Of a DNA stretch of 64,000 nucleotides, positions 60,366 to 64,000 are shown piece by piece. Origin of the DNA: Gemmatimonadaceae bacterium. Lineage in GTDB: Bacteria; Gemmatimonadota; Gemmatimonadetes; Gemmatimonadales; Gemmatimonadaceae. A program made the position numbers and the translations under genes. The notes beneath the pieces are model-generated. The model was given only the letters and a program-made list of their open reading frames with translations. It had not been told where the DNA came from and ran no database searches. The number at the start of each line of letters is the position of its first letter. Within the stretch, counting starts at the first letter, position 1. The stretch is taken from the NCBI GenBank assembly GCA_051859245.1, contig JBHYGA010000007.1, positions 32,001 through 96,000 of the forward strand, in the 5' to 3' direction.

Positions 60366-61628
60366 TCAGGGAGTGATGCTGCCAGATCGCCGGTTGCGCG
60401 GATCCGCCAAGGTGAGGGTATATGCACGCGCCACGATGTATCCGTCGTCGTCTTCTGTAAGGCGCCCAACCACGCCCGCACTCACTCGCACTGCGCGAAA
60501 CGGAAGTTGCAGACTCGCCAGACGAACGCCGAGCTGCGGGTCGATCACGTCAACGGTGCTGTGATGGCGTCGGTCTTGCACGGAAAGCGGAATCGTGCCT
60601 TCGCCTGGCGCTTCGTATTTCGCTCGATACTCTGTTTGCAGCGCGATGGTGTCGTAACTTGGCGCGGGAATCACGCGCGTGATCCACAGCAGGCCAGTGC
60701 GGTCGACGTCGAGCCATTGGTCGAGTCGAAGACCGCGCGTGCTTGGCATGTATGGTGTCGCGACCGAGCGTTTCTGTGTAGCTGCGGCCGCGATGTCATT
60801 CTCGTTCATGATCAAATCCGGTTCATCAGTGCTACGCACACCGAATAGTTTGCGAGCAACGCCGACCGAGTCATGCCATTCCAGGCGATTAGTGCCGCGT
60901 CCGAATGTCCAGAATCCGCTGCGTACGTCTGCCGTGACGCTCGACTCGATTCGCGGGTGGAAGTACACCTCCTTGCCTTCAACCAGCACTCCCATCTGCA
61001 CACTCGTGTTGAGCGGCGAGAAGATCGCCACGCTATCCTCGATCTGGCCATTCGCGTTGATTCGCAACACATACTTGGGCGGCTCGTCCTGGATGAACGG
61101 CACATAGCGTTGCGCGAGAAACCGTGTGGGATGCGATACGGTTGCCGCCGAGGGACGCACGCCGTCGATCACGGCACTGCGCACGAACTCTCCGTCAGGC
61201 GAATACACTAGCAAGACGCGATCTGCGCTGAACACATAGAGCGAGTCGCCGGCACCAGCAAACGTCGCACGCGTCATCACATACTCGCCTGGTCCGCGTC
61301 CCAGAGTGCCGATGCGTCGCACAAACGTACCGTTGCTGTCGTACTGCAGGATCGGCTGATTGACCCAATCGTGAAACAGCAGATAGTAAAAGCCGCGCGA
61401 ATCGCGCAGCAAGTCGGGCTCACGCAGCGGAATTACGGAATCAGTGGTGTTCCCAAAGCGAATCGAGTCGCTGATCGAGAGCGTGCACTCGGCGCAGCCA
61501 GATGCGAGCTCAATAATGGCCGTGTCGCGTTGCGCAACAACGTCAGCCGTGGCAGCGTTCGGCGATTCGGCGCAGGCGAGCAAGATGCTGCCAAGCAGCG
61601 CGGCGGAAATTCGGCGAGTGCGATGCAT
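60366..61628 (-). CDS. Six-bladed beta-propeller lipoprotein
   Basis: Lipobox LLAC; YDSNGTFVRRIGTLGRGPGEY; GDSLYV; YSPDGEFVRS. Confidence 0.8.
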   Translation of the reverse strand: MHRTRRISAALLGSILLACAESPNAATADVVAQRDTAIIELASGCAECTLSISDSIRFGNTTDSVIPLREPDLLRDSRGFYYLLFHDWVNQPILQYDSNGTFVRRIGTLGRGPGEYVMTRATFAGAGDSLYVFSADRVLLVYSPDGEFVRSAVIDGVRPSAATVSHPTRFLAQRYVPFIQDEPPKYVLRINANGQIEDSVAIFSPLNTSVQMGVLVEGKEVYFHPRIESSVTADVRSGFWTFGRGTNRLEWHDSVGVARKLFGVRSTDEPDLIMNENDIAAAATQKRSVATPYMPSTRGLRLDQWLDVDRTGLLWITRVIPAPSYDTIALQTEYRAKYEAPGEGTIPLSVQDRRHHSTVDVIDPQLGVRLASLQLPFRAVRVSAGVVGRLTEDDDGYIVARAYTLTLADPRNRRSGSITP

Positions 61629-61709
61629 GACCGATCTTCGGGTCTGTACGGGAGTCGCGCAAGTATTGCTGCAACGCGTAGCCACGTGCGCTGACAGCGA
61701 GCTGAAGTG

Positions 61710-62144
61710 TTAGCGCAACTGCAGAGGGTTCGTAAACCGCAGCCCGCGAAACCGCGCAAAGTCACCGTCTGCCGAATACAGTTCCGCACCGTGTTCAATG
61801 GCGAGCGCGGCCAGGTGTGCGTCGGAACTCAGGTTGCCGGCTGTGCCCGATTCGGTGAGTAGTGCTCGCAGAATGTCCCAGTGACGATCGCCCGGTACGA
61901 CGAGCTCCACATTGGGATGCGCGAGCCATTCATGGATCATGGCCAACGCACGCTCCACCCCGAGCGGTCGGTCGAATACGCGGGCATTCGTGGTTAGCCG
62001 CAAGAAGCCGAGCACGACCGTCCATGACAGGCCGATCGTTTCATCACCGTCGAGACTGTCTTCGAGCCACGCTTTGGCTACGTCGTGCCGTGGCGCGTCG
62101 CGGTTGATGGCGTACAGCAGCAGGTTCAGGTCAACGACGCGCAC
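61710..62144 (-). CDS. vapC: VapC PIN-domain toxin
   Basis: VVDLNLLLYA, DAHLAALAIEHG, SADGDFARF; GTG 62144 directly after the antitoxin stop. Confidence 0.92.
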   Translation of the reverse strand: MRVVDLNLLLYAINRDAPRHDVAKAWLEDSLDGDETIGLSWTVVLGFLRLTTNARVFDRPLGVERALAMIHEWLAHPNVELVVPGDRHWDILRALLTESGTAGNLSSDAHLAALAIEHGAELYSADGDFARFRGLRFTNPLQLR

Positions 62145-62145
62145 G

Positions 62146-62406
62146 TTACTTTCGCAGCTGCAGGTCGCGCCGGTGCTCTTCGTCTTCGAGCGCGTCAGCG
62201 AGCTGCAGCGCGCGGTCCATATCCACGCGGGGTGCGCCGAGTGAAACCGTGTCGACCTGATAAGCAGCCCGCGGTTCGGCAACGCGTGCGGCGAGGCCAG
62301 CCCGAAGCGCCGTGTTCAGGAGCGCTTTCACGGTCGTGCCGCGGCGGACCGCTTCGAGGCGGAGCTGTTCGAGCAGAACGGGGTCGATATCAATGGTCGT
62401 CCTCAT
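62146..62406 (-). CDS. vapB: VapB antitoxin (ribbon-helix-helix)
   Basis: MRTTIDID...LLNTALRAGL; upstream of PIN toxin. Confidence 0.88.
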   Translation of the reverse strand: MRTTIDIDPVLLEQLRLEAVRRGTTVKALLNTALRAGLAARVAEPRAAYQVDTVSLGAPRVDMDRALQLADALEDEEHRRDLQLRK

Positions 62407-62410
62407 GAAA

Positions 62411-62448
62411 TGATGCTAACGCATCAATGGTATGATTGCAAGGCATCA
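62411..62448. promoter_or_regulatory. Putative vapBC autoregulatory operator
   Basis: TGATGC-taac-GCATCA (62411-62426) and imperfect copy TGATTGC-aag-GCATCA (62433-62448). Confidence 0.65.
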
Positions 62449-62617
62449 CTCCTGCGCTCCTGAGGCCTCGTCTCCCTTACCGCCTCGGCTTGGCGCGCCT
62501 ACGTTTGCTGCCACGTGCTGCGCCCCGGTTGAAATATCGGGAAAAGAAGCCAGCGAGCATCACCATTTGAGCGCGGCTCCTGTCATTGCCACGCCGACCC
62601 GCCCCTTTGAACGCCAT

Positions 62618-63943
62618 ATGCGTCTCCAAAACCTGATCGCTTCCGCGGCTGCCGCGCTGCTCATCCTCGCCGCGCCGCCAACGATGGCCGCTCAGCCGTC
62701 CGCCGCCGCCGTGCTGCTCCGCGACATCGAATCACGGTTGCCTGGCGTGATGCCCAAAGTCGTGGCCTGGAGACGCGACATTCACGAACATCCCGAACTT
62801 GGCAACGAAGAGGTGCGCACCGCCGCGCTGGTCGCGGCGCATCTCACGTCGCTTGGGCTCGAGGTGCAAACGGGCGTTGGCAAAACCGGTGTGATTGGCA
62901 TTCTGCGCGGCGGCAGACCTGGTCCTGTGGTTGCGCTTCGTGCCGACATGGACGCGCTGCCCGTCACGGAACTTGTCGACCTGCCGTTTCGCAGCCGTGT
63001 GCGTACGCAGTGGCAGGGCGCCGAAGTTGGTGTGATGCACGCGTGTGGTCACGACAATCATGTTGCGATTCTCATGGGTGCCGCAGAAATACTCGTCGGC
63101 ATGAAGGCCACGTTGCCCGGTACCGTCAAGTTCATTTTTCAACCCGCTGAAGAAGGACTTGGTGGAGCGAAAGCCATGATTGCCGACGGTGCGTTACGTG
63201 CACCGGTACCGAATGCCGTTTTTGGCATGCACGTGTGGCCAACCGCGGTTGGTTCAATTGGTGTGCGGGCCGGCCCGCAAATGGCGTCGGCGGGCAACTT
63301 CTCCATCATCGTGAAGGGACTGCAGACCCATGGTTCGCAGCCGTGGTCGGGTGTGGATCCTGTTGTGGTGTCGGCGCAGATCATTCTGGGTTTGCAGACG
63401 ATTGCGAGTCGACAAGTGAACGTGGCGTACTTGCCGAGTGTGTTGACGGTGGGATCGATTCACGGCGGCAATCGCAGCAACATCATTCCCGACAGTGTGG
63501 TGCTCGTGGGTACACTGCGCACCTTTGACGACGCCATGCGCAGCGATATCGCGGCGCGCATCACGCGCACAGCCAAGGATATTGCAACGTCTGCGGGTGC
63601 GACGGCCATTGTGCAGATTGATGCGGGCGGACTCGTGCAAGCGAACGACACCTCGCTCACCGAGCGCATGCTGCCAACGCTGAAGCGGTCTGCGGGTGCA
63701 GGCGGATTTCAGTTGATCAATCCCATCATGGCTTCCGAAGACTTTCCGGAGTTTACGCGCGACATTCCGGGTGTGTTCTTCTTTCTTGGCGTGACGCCAA
63801 AGGGGCAGGATCCCGCGAAAGCGCCGGCCAATCACTCGCCGTTGTTCTTTGCCGACGAAGCCGCCTTGGAAACGGGCGTGCGTGCAATGTCGGCGTTGGC
63901 GACCGACTATCTCAGCGCAACAGGTAGTGTAAGCGGTAGGTGA
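62618..63943 (+). CDS. Secreted M20D-family amidohydrolase
   Basis: RRDIHEHPELG, LRADMDALP, MHACGHD, FQPAEEG, ASEDF, NHSP. Confidence 0.95.
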   Translation: MRLQNLIASAAAALLILAAPPTMAAQPSAAAVLLRDIESRLPGVMPKVVAWRRDIHEHPELGNEEVRTAALVAAHLTSLGLEVQTGVGKTGVIGILRGGRPGPVVALRADMDALPVTELVDLPFRSRVRTQWQGAEVGVMHACGHDNHVAILMGAAEILVGMKATLPGTVKFIFQPAEEGLGGAKAMIADGALRAPVPNAVFGMHVWPTAVGSIGVRAGPQMASAGNFSIIVKGLQTHGSQPWSGVDPVVVSAQIILGLQTIASRQVNVAYLPSVLTVGSIHGGNRSNIIPDSVVLVGTLRTFDDAMRSDIAARITRTAKDIATSAGATAIVQIDAGGLVQANDTSLTERMLPTLKRSAGAGGFQLINPIMASEDFPEFTRDIPGVFFFLGVTPKGQDPAKAPANHSPLFFADEAALETGVRAMSALATDYLSATGSVSGR

Positions 63944-64000
63944 ACCGGTGTAGCGAACGTTGACGGCAACCGACTCCCTTACCAGACATTATGTGCGGCA

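Noticed and set aside
63972..63999. dif-like sequence; minus strand GCCGCACATAA-TGTCTG-GTAAGGGAGTC
   Set aside because: One arm resembles the E. coli XerC arm (8/11) but the other matches the XerD arm poorly. It lies at the window edge and no recombinase is in view.

Overview
High-GC bacterial chromosomal segment. The gene repertoire and style (PEP-CTERM proteins, TamA/TamB, membrane Ser/Thr kinase, propeller lipoproteins) suggest Gemmatimonadota, which is an inference. The first ~26 kb looks like an accessory, partly decaying stress and signalling region. It holds a LuxR/NarL regulator with a beta-propeller sensor kinase, a hydrolase cluster, a peroxiredoxin-DsbA fusion interrupted by one in-frame TAG, a kinase/receiver cluster with a degenerate pseudo-kinase, and a general-stress gene set ending in katE. 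The rest encodes a TetR-controlled TolC/HlyD/ABC exporter, a very large phospholipase-D-superfamily protein coupled to a lipoprotein hydrolase, TamAB, two convergent PEP-CTERM genes that share one poly-Arg-coding segment on opposite strands, an ABC-F ATPase, ArsR-SRPBCC, serine hydrolases, an aldo/keto reductase, a Ser/Thr kinase, an ankyrin protein, VapBC and an M20 amidohydrolase. The ankyrin gene has a highly structured 5' leader that sequesters its SD and start codon. I saw no rRNA, tRNA, CRISPR array, transposase or integrase. All product calls come from motif recognition by eye, not database searches.
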